From: Calcarisporiella thermophila CBS 279.70
Taxonomy: Eukaryota > Fungi > Calcarisporiellomycota
Direction of reading: 5' to 3'
Length of the DNA stretch: 64,000 nt
Assembly (NCBI RefSeq): GCF_041956535.1
Contig: NW_027192195.1
Location: 1,186,653 to 1,250,652 of the forward strand
Made by a program: the position numbers and the translations under genes. Under the pieces are notes generated by a model. It saw nothing but the letters and a program-made list of their open reading frames with translations, did not search any database and was not told the origin of the DNA. Position 1 is the stretch's first letter; each line of letters starts with the position of its first letter. Below are positions 47,537 to 60,511 of this stretch, piece after piece.

Positions 47537-49571
47537 ATGATTATGTCATCGCGATTTTGCGCGATACTCGCGCTTTTCCTCGCTTTAGCTTTAGTAGTGC
47601 GGTGTGACGAGCATTCCCATACGGTTTGTCCATGTTAGCCACTGAATCCCATCGGTACCCTATTTGCTTAAACGATCTATTTTAGTATCTGCCAGGGGAG
47701 GAGGTGGTTATCTGGGTCAATACGGTCGGTCCCTATAGTAATCGCCAAGAGAGATACAAGTATTCCCAACTCCCTTACTGCTCAGGCGATGCTGCCGTGC
47801 AGCATCACCACGAGACCCTCGGAGAGTCTCTCATTGGTATGGAGCTTACTAGCTCTGGTATGGATGTGAAATTCAAGCAGGACAAGGATAATGCAGTGCT
47901 ATGCCGTGCGAAACTGTCTAGCCAGGATATCCATTTATTCCGCTTCGCAATAGAAAACTATTACTGGTATCAGATGTACCTGGATGATCTTCCTATATGG
48001 GGTACGTGCAAGTCCATTTCGTAAATGGAATCCATTTGTGAATTAATTTAGTTAATGGCACTATTTATTGACAGGTTTTGTTGGGGAGCATGATAAAGTT
48101 AGGGATGAACGCTATCTTTATACTCATCGCAATTTCGATATCGGCTACAATGATGACAAGGCAAGTTGATCGGACCGGGAAATGGGCGGTAGTGAACAGC
48201 AATCCATTCATACTTCTTTACTTTATCTAGATCATTGAGGTTAATTTGACAAGCGGCAAGCCGGTGCTCCTGCAGCTTAATGACCAGCCGGTCGATGTCG
48301 AATTTACGTATACCGTGCGTTGGGTGCAGTCGGACAAGAAGTTCGAGGATCGCTTCGAAAAGTATTTGGATTCTGATTTCTTCGAGCATAAGGTATATGG
48401 TGTATTCTTTCGGGATGCCACGGCTACCCTAGTTCATTGCTCACCATTTCCATTTGCTTAGATTCATTGGTTCTCCATCTTCAACTCGTTTATGATGGTG
48501 CTATTCTTGACCGGATTGGTGAGCGTGATTTTATTGCGGACTCTTCGACGTGATTACGCACGCTACGATAAAGAAGAAGGCCTAGGAGATTTGGATCACG
48601 ATCTTGTCGACGATTATGGATGGAAACAGGTGCACGGCGATGTTTTCCGCGCTCCCCCTCGCCTCATGCTCTTCTCTGCGATATACGGCACCGGCCATCA
48701 GCTGACCATTCTTGCTTTTGCCGTCATCTTATACACGATCTTGGGAGACCTATACTTGGAGCGTGCCACCATTCTCACTGCCACCATTTTCCTGTACGCG
48801 TTGACATCCGCATTTGCCGGATATACAAGCGCAAGCACCTATGCCCGTTATGGTGGTCGCGACTGGATCCGCAATGTGCTCCTGACGGCCAGCCTGTGGC
48901 CAGGTGTGGTCACCGTGCTGTGTGGCTATGTGAACACGGTGGCCTTCTATTACAATAGCACTCGCGCAGTGCATTACACCGCCATTCTTGCCATGATTGC
49001 GATCTGGCTCTTCCTCGTGTTTCCCCTGACGCTGTTGGGCGCCATCATTGGCCGGAACTGGAACGGACAGCCGGACTTCCCGTGCCGAGTCAACCCGATC
49101 CCACGCCCCATTCCGGACAAGCCGTGGTACGCGGAGCCCCTGATGGTGATCGCGGCGGGCGGCATCCTTCCGTTTGGCTCCATTTTCATCGAGATGTACT
49201 TCATCTTCTCCTCCTTCTGGGAGTACAAAATCTACTACGTGTACGGGTTCATGCTGCTGGTGTATATGATGTTGCTGGTGGTCTCCGCGTGTGTCACGAT
49301 TGTCAGCGTCTACTTCCTGCTGAATGCAGAAGACCATAGGTGGCACTGGATGAGTCTGTTGACGTGTGGATCGGCGGCCATCTATGTGTACCTGTATTCC
49401 GTTTACTACTTCTTCAACAAGACCACCATGAACGGGATGTTCCAGACCAGCTTCTACTTCGGGAATACGGCCGTCGTGTGCTTTGCTCTTTTCGAGGTGC
49501 TGGGGTATGTAGGTCACACTGCGGCCAACTTGTTCGTAAGAAAAATCTATAAGGATGTAAAGTTAGATTAA
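47537..49571 (+). CDS. TM9SF3: Nonaspanin TM9SF3/Emp70 family (multi-exon)
   Basis: Signal peptide, DEHSHTY, NTVGPY, YWYQMYLDDLPIWG, IHWFSIFNS, GWKQVHGDVFR, nine TMs, C-terminal KLD. Confidence 0.93.
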
Positions 49572-49862
49572 AAAAGAATAACTCTTGTGTATGTTTCTAT
49601 TTTTTCCTCCCCTCTATTATCTATCATTGTTGATTATTATTATTCCGTTTCCTATTGCAATTGCAGAGAAAATATTGTGCTTTTTTCTTTATTTCTCATA
49701 TTCCTCTGTTTCTTTTTTGTTTCCACTTTGACATACTAAAGAATCCATCGGGGCAACTTGGGATGCCTCCAAGTGTCTAAATGCATGATTGTGACGTTAT
49801 TGATGACGCAACGCTGGTTTAAATGGATTGCCACCGTGCTCTCGTAGAATCCAGAGAGAATC

Positions 49863-50622
49863 ATGTCCAATAATCCACCACCTCCGTCAAGGAGGCTCTC
49901 ACGTCGCCCATCCCTTCCTCTCATTGGCGCACGTTCCGTCAGTGGGCCGATGCCTTCTGTACGGCAACGCACGATTTCCGCTACGTCGGCACGATCGCTC
50001 GACTTTACCAATGTGAATCGAGGGGGATATTACCCGGCCCAATCGGCGTCGATGTTGACAGCAAACACGGGTGGGACGATTCAGGAAGGAAATACCGATA
50101 AAGAGGCGATGGAGGGACTGGCCAGAGAAACGTTTGAGCGTGTCAACAATTATATTCAAGCAGAAATCTTAGGTTGACATTATTGGTGTTTTCTTTTTTT
50201 GCTTGACATGAAAACTCTAACAGATTTGGCATGCTTTAGCGGCCGGCGAAGACTATAAGCTATTGGAGACGATGAACTTAGTGACACGGGATAGGTATTC
50301 CGCGATGAGGGAGCAGGCCCTGCATATTACCAAGGAGATGAATCGCGTCGGCTCCAACTGTGGGTGGATGAACTTTTTCACTGTGAATAAGAACTAATAG
50401 ACCCTCCTTTGAATCCCCTAGTTGAGCAAATGCGGGCCTATATCCAGCAGATAGACGAGGTGTGTAAACAGGTTGACTATCTAGAGGCGGTTGCCATTGA
50501 GCTAGACGACTACACGAAATATCTGGGTAGGTCGATTTGTGTGGTTCGCAGCTACTAGGAGGAACACTGACCCTACCGCCCTGCAAATAGAGAGCAAGCT
50601 GAAGCTGCTGGTCTCCAAATAG
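49863..50622 (+). CDS. BLOC-1 subunit 2 (BLOS2)-like (multi-exon)
   Basis: F..V..YIQAE, EDYKLLETMN, PYIQQIDE, LEAVA.ELDDYTKYLESKLK across exons. Confidence 0.8.
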
Positions 50623-50983
50623 TCATCCTGGCATTTGTAATATAGAAATGCTAATAATATATTGTATCAATGTATATGTTCTCAAACAAAAGAAACGGGA
50701 CGACGGCTTCCACTTTCCTCGCTACCACCCCCTCCCCCCAATTGTGAGAAAAATATAAGAGGCTATGAAACAAAGAAGCGGGAGGAGAGGGTTACCATGG
50801 AAGAGGGGAGAGAGAAAGAGAGCGCGCGAGAGAGACGACGTAGAAAGAAGGAGAAGGAAGAAAGTGAAATGAAGGAAAAATTACAAAAGAATATTACAAA
50901 GGCATAAACAGATAAACATAGTAATGCTACAAACTAATGATGACCTAACGAAAAATGTATATCTCATCGTCCCATTTCTACAG

Positions 50984-51751
50984 CTACACTTTTCCAACAG
51001 TCTTGGCACCTTCTACCTTGCGCGGCCCACAGTTGACCGGCTGTTTACTGTTGGTTGCATTTAGAATTGATTTTTCCTCATTGCCCAGATGGATCTCCAT
51101 CGAGAGATGGCTCTTGTTTCCCTCTGTGCCGTGATGCGTCAGGGCGCCGCTGGAGGGAAGGGGGGATGAGAGCTGCCGCTGCAAGGGTGGCGCAACGGGA
51201 TGGCGCGAGTTGTACACAAATTGGTCAAGCCATGGCTTGGTTGGGCTAAGCACAGGGGAGATTTGGGGGCTGCAGTGGTGGTGTTGGGGATCGTACACGG
51301 CGGCGGGGAAAACTTGCTTGACATGTCGTAGCAGTGCGGAGGGATGCTGGTGCGGGCCGTGCTCCGCCTGCGGTGGTTGCTGCTGTTCCGACTGCTGTTG
51401 CGGAGGAAGATTAAGCAAGGGTGGGGTGATGGGGGTGAGGCCATCCGGCAAATGGTTTTGTGGTTGGTGGGGGGTGATCACCGGCGACGAGGAGTTGGAG
51501 GAGCTGGAGTGATCATCGCGATGCCATGCATGAAGAAGGCCATGCACGACATTGCGGATGCCGGACTCTTCCGGGTGGGGATTTCTAGAGGGTGACAGCT
51601 GCGCTTTTGGAGCGTCTGTGGCTGTGGGGGACGAGGTGACGGAGGAATCTATGGGGCTTGGGGAATGGCCAGGCGAGGGCGAGCGCGACTTCTTCTCGTG
51701 GCGCTGGCGGAGCGAGTAGCACTCATTGTGCACGCCAAAGATAGTCTCCAT
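50984..51751 (-). CDS. Hypothetical P/S/H/Q-rich disordered protein
   Basis: 255-aa ATG-initiated ORF in GC-rich DNA with AT-rich 3' flank; no recognised domain. Confidence 0.5.
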   Translation of the reverse strand: METIFGVHNECYSLRQRHEKKSRSPSPGHSPSPIDSSVTSSPTATDAPKAQLSPSRNPHPEESGIRNVVHGLLHAWHRDDHSSSSNSSSPVITPHQPQNHLPDGLTPITPPLLNLPPQQQSEQQQPPQAEHGPHQHPSALLRHVKQVFPAAVYDPQHHHCSPQISPVLSPTKPWLDQFVYNSRHPVAPPLQRQLSSPLPSSGALTHHGTEGNKSHLSMEIHLGNEEKSILNATNSKQPVNCGPRKVEGAKTVGKV

Positions 51752-53093
51752 TTGTCATCAATGGGGGGATGGCGGAGGATTTTTGTTCAATTGACCTTTA
51801 AGGTGTGTGGAGCGTGCGACTTATCTAAAAAAATTCACATTTCAGCGTGACTACGCAAAGGCCCAATCCACAGTTTTGTCAGCAGGGGGCAAACCGCTTG
51901 CCTGCAGCAAAAGGGAAAAAAGTAAAACCCGAAAGAAACCGAGAGCTTGTGCTGGCGAGCCTTTCCGTTTTTCCCGCGGCCCCGCCTCCCTCGCGCTCCT
52001 CTTCAGCTGCCCGCTTCTCCCAAAGGGCAAAGGCGTGCGGAGAAGTTCTAGAAGAGAAGGATACTCCCTCTTTAGGAAGCAGGCCCTCAGGACTCCGATA
52101 GCTGCGGCGTCGGCTGATCTTTCGGGAGCCCACCTCTGCGGATGCGGCTGTGGCGGGCGCGAGCAAGGCTAAAAGACGCAGCGCAGGTTGCTTAGTGTGC
52201 TGACCGTCCTGAATGAGCAGAGCAGAAAGAGCGCAGCAAATGGGGAAGGTATTTCCCCATCGCCGTTTGGCAGCTTGCTCCGCTCGATATGTTGGTGGGT
52301 GGCGTTTTGAGATCTTGGGGATGGCAGCCGAATTGAATAGGCCAGCTTACAAAGTCGGGCCATTTCGGTTTGCCAAACTAAGCAGCTTGAGATAAGTCAA
52401 GATCCCCCCCGCCCAAGGCTTGCTTTTTCCCGAAGCACTTTCACGCTCCGGTTTTCACCACAGGACCACCCTAGTATGAAAAAGGAATGTGCAAGGCAAG
52501 CTTGTTCTTCAACAATTATCTCCTTCAAATCATTTATTATTTCTCTAAGACCGCGGCCAGTAAACCGAATATGTCGTGAGATCCTAAAGATCTTAAGCCT
52601 TATAGCACTCTGCTCGTGCATCTGGAGAAACTGACGGTTGAGGCTACAGAGCAGTCGGCGATGGCCAATCTCCCTTTGCCCAAGAGATTCGGCCGAGCAA
52701 TGTAAACAGGCTAGCTGCAGCCATATTCGTGTGCTAGAAAACAACATCGGTTCTGAGCCTAACTAGCTGCAAGAGGTTTGAGAATGTTCAATGGAAAAGA
52801 GATTTATGAAGCCCTCATCGCATTGTGCCCGACAGCAATTAGTAAAGTATTGGCAGAGTCATTATGCCACCTATATGAATTTTGTGTTAAAGATATTACC
52901 ACTTTTGCTATCGAACCCAATGCTGCCGCTATCTGATGCCCGTGAAATCTGACCCATTGATTCTCCAGTTTCCAAATTCTCCAAGTCTAATCAAAATCGG
53001 AACCACGCAATATCAAAATTAAAATGCGCCCCGTCATTAATGTAAAAAAGTGAAATTTTATCTACACTTCGTGTTTACGCGACTTTTTATACC

Positions 53094-55018
53094 ATGACCA
53101 CTACTTCGCTTAGATTAAGGACTTCCACACGTAGGCGTATCAACTACAATGAACAGTCTGATGACGAGAACATCAAACATCGAGATACCAAGTGCCTCTC
53201 TAATGACGAGCTTTCATCCGAGAATGAGCTCTGCATGACTCCCTCGAGGCGCGCTAAAAGATCGGAAAAGAATGCTACACCGCGTCCCACTACTAGCAAA
53301 CGACAGAATCCCGCTTCGTCTACAGGGAAAAAAAGAACAAGGAAGCGTAGTAATAGCGATGGATCGGATTATTCCTCGGATGCCAATTCGGAGAGTGACC
53401 GAGATTTTGAGCCGGTAAAGAAAACTCCAACAAGATCGCGAGTTTTACGAACACCTTCAAGAAAGGGATTGCTTACCACTCCTCGAACCATACGGTATAA
53501 GAATTTGTGTTTCATTTTCAATTCAGTAAGGCGATTTTAATTTCATTTATTTCCACTTAGAACCAAGTCCATCCCTCTGACCCCGTTAGCCCACCGACAC
53601 ACCCCTTCAAAAGCTCCTTCCACGCCATATGAACATGCCCGTCAGCGTTTACATGTCGCTGCTGTTCCCGATTCGCTTCCTTGTCGTGAGAATGAATTCA
53701 CCGAGGTTTTAAGTTATCTAGAGGGGGCCATTCTTGAGGGAACGGGCTCATGTATCTACATATCTGGGGTCCCCGGAACCGGCAAAACCGCAACCGTGCA
53801 TGAAGTAATAAGGACTCTGCATTCAAAACTAGAGAAGGGGGTAAATAGCCACGGTGATTGCATTGGATATCTTGGGCCATCTATATTCACTTATTTTGTA
53901 TTTCCTCTGGTGTACAGGAGTTGCCCCCTTTCAAGTTTGTCGAAATCAACGGGATGCGGATCACGGAACCCTCGCACGCATACGTTGTGCTATGGGAGGC
54001 GCTTTCGGGCGTTCGTGTCACTGCTAATCACGCCCTCCAGCTGCTGGAATCCCAGTTTGCCCACCCCTCTAAGCAGAGAGGAAAGCTTCGCGAACTGTGT
54101 GTAGTGTTGATGGATGAGTTGGACCTGCTGGTAACAAAGAAGCAAACAGTCATGTATAACTTCTTCGAGTGGCCAAATAAACTGGGGTCACGCTTGATTG
54201 TGATCGCTGTGGCCAACACCATGGACTTGCCGGAGAGGATGTTAACAAATAAGATATCGAGCAGATTAGGTAATCCATCGGCTGCATCCCGTCCCTCTCG
54301 TATCTTGGGTGTCTTACTCTTCAGGTTGCTTTATTTTTTGGCAGGTTTGACGCGAATCAATTTCCAACCCTACACCTACCAGCAGCTCACTCGCATTGTC
54401 GAGTCTCGCCTACAAGGCATCAATACGTTTGAGAGTGATGCCGTTGAGTTTGCTGCGCGAAAGGTAAGCGCGGTCTCGGGAGACGCTCGACGAGCGCTCG
54501 ACATTTGCAGGTATGGGCGTCACCCCTAGTAGAGCTAGTTCGTTTATTCTGATGTGCTGAGTTTGGATATCTTCCCTTGTGATAGACGGGCAGTGGAAAT
54601 GGTGGAGGATGCGACCATGGCCTCCCCCGGTGGTGAGCCCAAGCAAGTGACTATAGCCGAGATTGACCGGGCGATCAAGGAGATGTTTGCTACCCCCGCA
54701 GTTGCCTTTATCCGTAACGCTTCATTGCACCAAAAGCTCTTTCTTGTGTCCACGCTGCATCGCATACGCCGACGCGGAATAGGCGAGGCGGAGTTTGCCG
54801 AGGTGTGCGAGACGCACTTGCAACACTGCCGTCTTAACAATTTGGAGCCCCCGGGGATTTCAGAGCTGGCGGCCATTTGCGCGGGGTTGGGGGCCGCACG
54901 CTGTTTGCTGGTGGAGGCAGGAAGGCTCGACCTGTGCTTGCGGATACGGCTGAATGTTGCTGAAGAGGATGTGGTGATGGCATTAAAGAAAGATACCTTT
55001 TTCAAGAAAATGGTGTAA
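53094..55018 (+). CDS. ORC1: Origin recognition complex subunit 1 (multi-exon)
   Basis: Motifs RLHVAAVPDSLPCRENEF, YISGVPGTGKTATV, VLMDELDLL, IAVANTMDLPER, SGDARRALDICRRAVE. Confidence 0.95.
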
Positions 55019-55397
55019 ATAAGGAGTGATCGTGTTGTTATGGTCTCAGAAAGATGTATGCTTCGCATTTTTTAGTGTTCAACTTGTTTTTTTGTGTAAA
55101 ATATAAATACTGCGAGAAGAGAGCCGATATTATGTAGAGAAAGGAAAGAAAAATAAGGGGGGTGCCTTCCTTTAGTAGACAGAGAACAAGACCCGAAACA
55201 AAAGAGTGACTTATTTCGCATATCAAACTGAAACATCCAACCCTATATCCCAGAGTTTGGAAGAGGAAAACAACAACAACAAAAAAAAATAAAGGAGCGG
55301 TGAAAGCTCGTCCAAAGTGGATCGTGGATTGATTTCAAATAGCGGAAAAAGAAAGGTTTGTTTTTTATTGAATTAATTAAAATGACATTGGGTTGAA

Positions 55398-58300
55398 TTA
55401 CCAGATGGGCACGCCGGCTTGGATTTCCTTTGGCTTCCGGTTCTCTCCAAGCAACGCCTTGCTCAGAAGAGTGAACTGTTCTTGCAGATGCTGTTTCTTG
55501 TTGCCTGTGGCGACGGATGAAGAGGGTTTGCGACCAGCATAGAGCGGCTCATGCTGACCCTTGTGGTGTTCGGTGTGACGCAGGGTGGTTGCAAGACGCG
55601 GATGTACGTGGCCCCATCCGCCAGCATTCAGCGGCTCCTCCTGGCACCAAATCAACTCGGCATTCGGGTAGACGTCCAAGTGCTGGCGGATCTTCTCGAA
55701 TGGGAAGGGATTCAGCTGCTCGACGCGGGAGATGGCCACATCGTTGAGCCCGTTTTCGTCACGGGCCTTCAACAGGTTGTAGTATACCTGGCCAGTGCAG
55801 AGGATGTGGCGGCGGATCTTGCTTGGGGAGACGAGGTGGTCCGGGTGTGACTCTGGAATGTAGGTGGCGAAGCGGGTATCGCCTTGCATTTCCGCGAGGG
55901 AGGACCGTGCTAGTGGGTGGCGGAGAAGTGATTTGCTGAAGAAGAGGATGAGAGGCTTGCGGAATTCGCGGTGGATCTGGCGACGCAGAACGTGGAAATA
56001 GTTTGCGGGGGTGGAGGGGTACACGATTTGCATGTTGCAGTCTTGGTGTTGGCGAGCGATCTGCTCGGGGGTGGGGTAGCGGTAAGGATGCTCGTCGCAC
56101 ATCTGCAGGAAGCGCTCAATACGTCCCGAGGAGTGCTCGGGGCCTTGGCCGTCGTATCCGTGGGGAAGGGACATGACAAGGCCAGTACGCTGGAGCCATT
56201 TCTTCTCTCCCGAGGCAATGAACTGGTCGATGATGCACTGTGCGTTGTTTGCGAAGTCTCCGAATTGTGCCTCCCACATCGTAAGCGAGTTGGGGTTGAC
56301 CAGCGAGTAACCCAATTCGAAGCCAAGGACGCCGAATTCGGAGAGGGAGGAGTTAGAGACGGTGAATGCTGCCTGGTTGTGGCCGAGGCTGTTCAAAGGA
56401 ACGTGCTGTGCCTCTGTCTTTTGGTCGTGGAGAACGGCGTGGCGTTGAGAAAAGGTACCTCGTTCCACATCCTGGCCAGACAAGCGCACGTGCTTGCCTT
56501 CGAGAAGCAGAGTGCCAAAAGCCAGGGCTTCTGCGGTGGCCCAGTCGATGTTTTCGCCCTCATCAATGGTCTTCTTGCGCGCCTCGATGATACGTGCAAG
56601 CGAGCGGTGCACGTTGAAGCCCACGGGGGTGGAGCAGATCGCCTCGCCCACGGTCTTAAGACTCTCTGCGGTGGCTCCAGTGGGGTAGGTCTTCACGGTC
56701 TCTTCGGCAAGCTCCTTGGGCGATTTGAATCCTAGAATACAAGTGTCAGTTGAGTATCAATGGTGTCGGAAGTTGAGTTTGTTGACGAGATAGGTTACCT
56801 GGCCATGAGCTAGACAGCCATTCCCGGCTGGTCGGCTTGTAATCTTTGCTTTTAGAATAGCTCTCCTCCAACAATTGCCAGACGCGCTTCTTGTTGGCTT
56901 CGATTTCTTCCTTGGTGAAGGTGCCCTCATTGAGGAGTTTTTCAATGTACTTCTCGAGGATCGGCTTCTGCTTGCGAATCGCCTCGTACATACGCGGCTG
57001 CGTAAAGCTGGGCTGATCGGTTTCATTGTGACCGTGCTTACGATAGCAAACCAAATCAATCACGCAGTCGCGGCGGAAGGTTTGGCGCCACTCTGCAGCC
57101 AGCTGGCAGACAAAAGTTACGGCCTCAACATCATCGCCATTGACGTGGAAGATAGGTGCACTGATAAACTTGGCGATATCCGTGCAGTAGGGGGTAGAGC
57201 GTGCAAATCGAGGATCGGTCGTAAAACCAATTTGATTGTTCACAACAATGTGGATAGTGCCTCCGGTCGTGTAAGCAGGAAGTTGCTGGAAGCCCATGGT
57301 CTCGTAGACGACGCCTTGAGCGGAGAATGCAGCATCACCGTGAAGCAACAGACCCATGGAGTGCAAGCGCTCCTTCTCGTCGTTCATGTAGAACTGCTGT
57401 GCACGCGTCTTACCCAATACAACAGGATCGACGGCTTCTAAGTGAGAGGGGTTGGCGACGAGGGAGAGATGGACCTTTTTGCCGGATGGTGTAGGTCGCA
57501 CGTAGTTCATGCCAAGATGGTATTTTACATCGCCCGACCCTTCCACTGAAGGTTCCATGGATCCGCTGAATTCACAAAAGATGGATTCGTTGGGTTTGCG
57601 AACAACATTACTAAGTACGTTCAAACGTCCACGATGCGGCATGCCCATAACAATGGATTCAATGCCCATATCGACCGAGCGGTCGATCTAAATTATCATG
57701 GTCAATGAATAGGTTACACGATTGGCTGGTGATAGCATGGAATAAAACCTAAAACTTACCAAGGCCTTCATACCAGGGATGAGGGATTCCGCACCCTCCA
57801 AACCGAAGCGCTTCTCACTGGGGTATTTTGTGGCAACAAAACGCTCAAAAGAGTCGGACCAGATTAGACGGTCAAGAATCATGCGTTTTTCCTCAATAGT
57901 GAAATTGTACGGCACGGGAATCTCAATCCGTGAACGGATCCAGTCGCATTGTTCGCGATCAGGGATATGGATATATTCAGTTCCGATGGAACCGCCTTGA
58001 AAAGTAAAAAGGTTAGACCCATTAGAAAAGCCAATGAGAGACGAATGCACTCACAATAAATTTTTCTAAGGTGATCTAAAATCTCGCGCAATGTCATAGT
58101 TTTTGCCACCTCCATGAAACCCGGAATAATGCCCGGGCCGAGGTTGAAGCTACGATCGAGATCCTTATCTGTGAAGCCATAGTGGGAGAGTTCAAGTTCA
58201 GGTGGAATGGTGGGATCGAGATCCGCTTCCATAAGGCCGAGGGGGTCAAGCTTGGCAATATGGTGGCCCCGAACCTGATAGGCGCGAACGAGGAGCTGGA

Positions 58301-58709
58301 TCTTAAGATGATCGATGACATCAGACGATCCTGCCTGTGCTCCAGGAACCATCTGTACACCCGCGCTCTGGACAGGAACGATATTGGGGGGCGGTTGATA
58401 GGCTAGTTGTGGAGCTAGTCCAGCTTGCATATTCTTAAAATACACTTGCCACGAGAGATGAACCGATTCCGGATTCTTTAGCCAGGCAGCATACATCTCC
58501 TCAATGTAGTTCGCGGCATTTCCTTGCATAAACACGTCATTAGGAGCAGGACCTCCGTTAGCAGAGCGAGAAGAAGCATAGCCGCGGAGTTGGTTGACAG
58601 CAATGGCTGGCGTCAACATGCGAGTGCGGACATGCGCGCTCTGGAAAACAGATGCAGGAGTCCTGCTGCAATATTTTGCAGGATTCAGGCGAGATATGGA
58701 TCTAAGCAT
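55398..58709 (-). CDS. KGD1: 2-oxoglutarate dehydrogenase E1, mitochondrial (multi-exon)
   Basis: Presequence; motifs [51 protein letters not shown]. Confidence 0.97.
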
Positions 58710-59013
58710 GGCTAACAGTTGCGGTGGAGCAGAACAAATTACTAAAATGTCCTCTCTCTATCGACCATATATCGGTCTTGTATTTCAAAATAAGAAAAGA
58801 GTGTTAAATTACTAAAATTTAAACAGTCAACAATACAACACCAGGGGCTAGGATGACCAGTGTACCAATCGCTGGCCTGTGAAATGCGTGATTATTTCTG
58901 ACGACGTCATCCCTCGAAATCGATTGCTAGTTCGCGACAATTTTTATATGGTTTTTATCCTTTTTTTTCATCTAGTAAGTAATTAGTTTACAACTTACAA
59001 ACGTTATTCGATA

Positions 59014-60214
59014 ATGTCTGGAGTAAGTGCTCTTTCTTTTTTGTCATTTGAAGCCTTTCCTTGAGTTTGTATCTAATCCACAATGAATGAGGATCGATGG
59101 ATGAGAAAATGCACTGGGGATAATGTACATTTATATATTACCCCTGATTTGCTTCCATCCGTCTGCATGGAGAATAATCTGGCAATTCCCAGTTTAATCG
59201 AATAACTAACCTTTCTTTCTTTTATATTTCTATTTTTCTCTCTGAAAGGAACGTGAAAACCAGGTAGGGTTATGGGCCTTTTTGGCATATAGCCTTCCTT
59301 TAATTATATACTCACTGTACTCCCTCTCTGCAGGTCTACCTTGCCAAGATCGCCGAGCAAGCCGAGAGATACTCGGAGATGGTCACGTATATGAAGGAGG
59401 TTGCCAAGGTAATGCGATTTCTGGTCCATCGAATCTATTCGATTTTCTTTATTTCAATATTGCCTCTTGCTGATTAGCTCGGCGTGGACTTGTCTGTGGA
59501 GGAGCGCAATCTCCTTTCCGTTGCATTTAAGAATGTAATCGGCGCGCGCCGTGCTTCGTGGCGCATTATTTCCTCCATTGAGCAGAGGGAGGAACATAAA
59601 GGCAACACGTCACACGTGGAGATGATCAAGGATTATCGCAAGCGGGTCGAGAAGGAGTTGAGTGATATCTGCAACGATATCCTCGAGGTTCTCGATAAGA
59701 ACCTGATTCCGGTCGCGGAAGCTGGGGAGTCCAAGGTGTTCTACTACAAGATGAAGGGTGATTATCATCGCTACCTCGCCGAATTCGCAACAAGTGATGA
59801 GCGGAAAGAGGCAGCAGCCAAGGCGAACGATGCTTACAAGCAAGCAACAGACATTGCGCAAACTGCTCTTCCTCCCACGCATCCAATCCGTCTTGGACTT
59901 GCTTTGAACTTCTCAGTCTTCTTCTATGAAATTCTCAACTCACCCGATCGCGCCTGCCATCTCGCAAAGCAGGCCTTTGACGATGCGATTGCCGAGCTTG
60001 ACACTCTGAGCGAAGATTCCTACAAAGACTCCACGCTTATCATGCAGCTGTTGAGGGACAATCTCACATTGTGGACCTCCGACATACAGGGTAAAGTTGG
60101 CATTTTATAAACTACTCGGTCAATCGTTACTCATTAAATCCTTATACTACCTCTTTAGACACCGAGAAACCCTCAGAACAGACTGAGGATATGGAGGAAA
60201 CCAAGCAGGAATAA
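59014..60214 (+). CDS. 14-3-3 protein (multi-exon, with micro-exons)
   Basis: Motifs [68 protein letters not shown]. Confidence 0.97.
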
Positions 60215-60511
60215 AAGAATAGTCTCTTCTATTTTCTCTTTATAGGTCTTTGGTTGTTAGTTAAAATCACTTATCGTTTTTAAGGATATTATATTCTTTC
60301 ATGATAAAGAATAAATTTATAAACATACGCCATATGCTCAATAGCGACAGTACATGTGTTTGGTAGCGTGGTTGGAAAAGAAAAAAAAGTGCTCGGCGAT
60401 AGAGGAATTTTTTTTATTGGGGGCGGGGTGGAAGTTTATTATTTAGGAGGTGAAAATACAATGTATCTGTTCATTTACAAGGGTAGAGGGTGCCGAGCTG
60501 GGAAATATGCT

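Noticed and set aside
48750-49517. Long antisense ORFs over TM9SF3 (likewise over KGD1 and ATG4)
   Set aside because: Shadow ORFs expected from GC-rich codon usage on the coding strand; no recognisable domains.
58899-58910. CRE-like ATGACGTC in the KGD1/14-3-3 divergent promoter
   Set aside because: A single short motif with no conservation evidence available.
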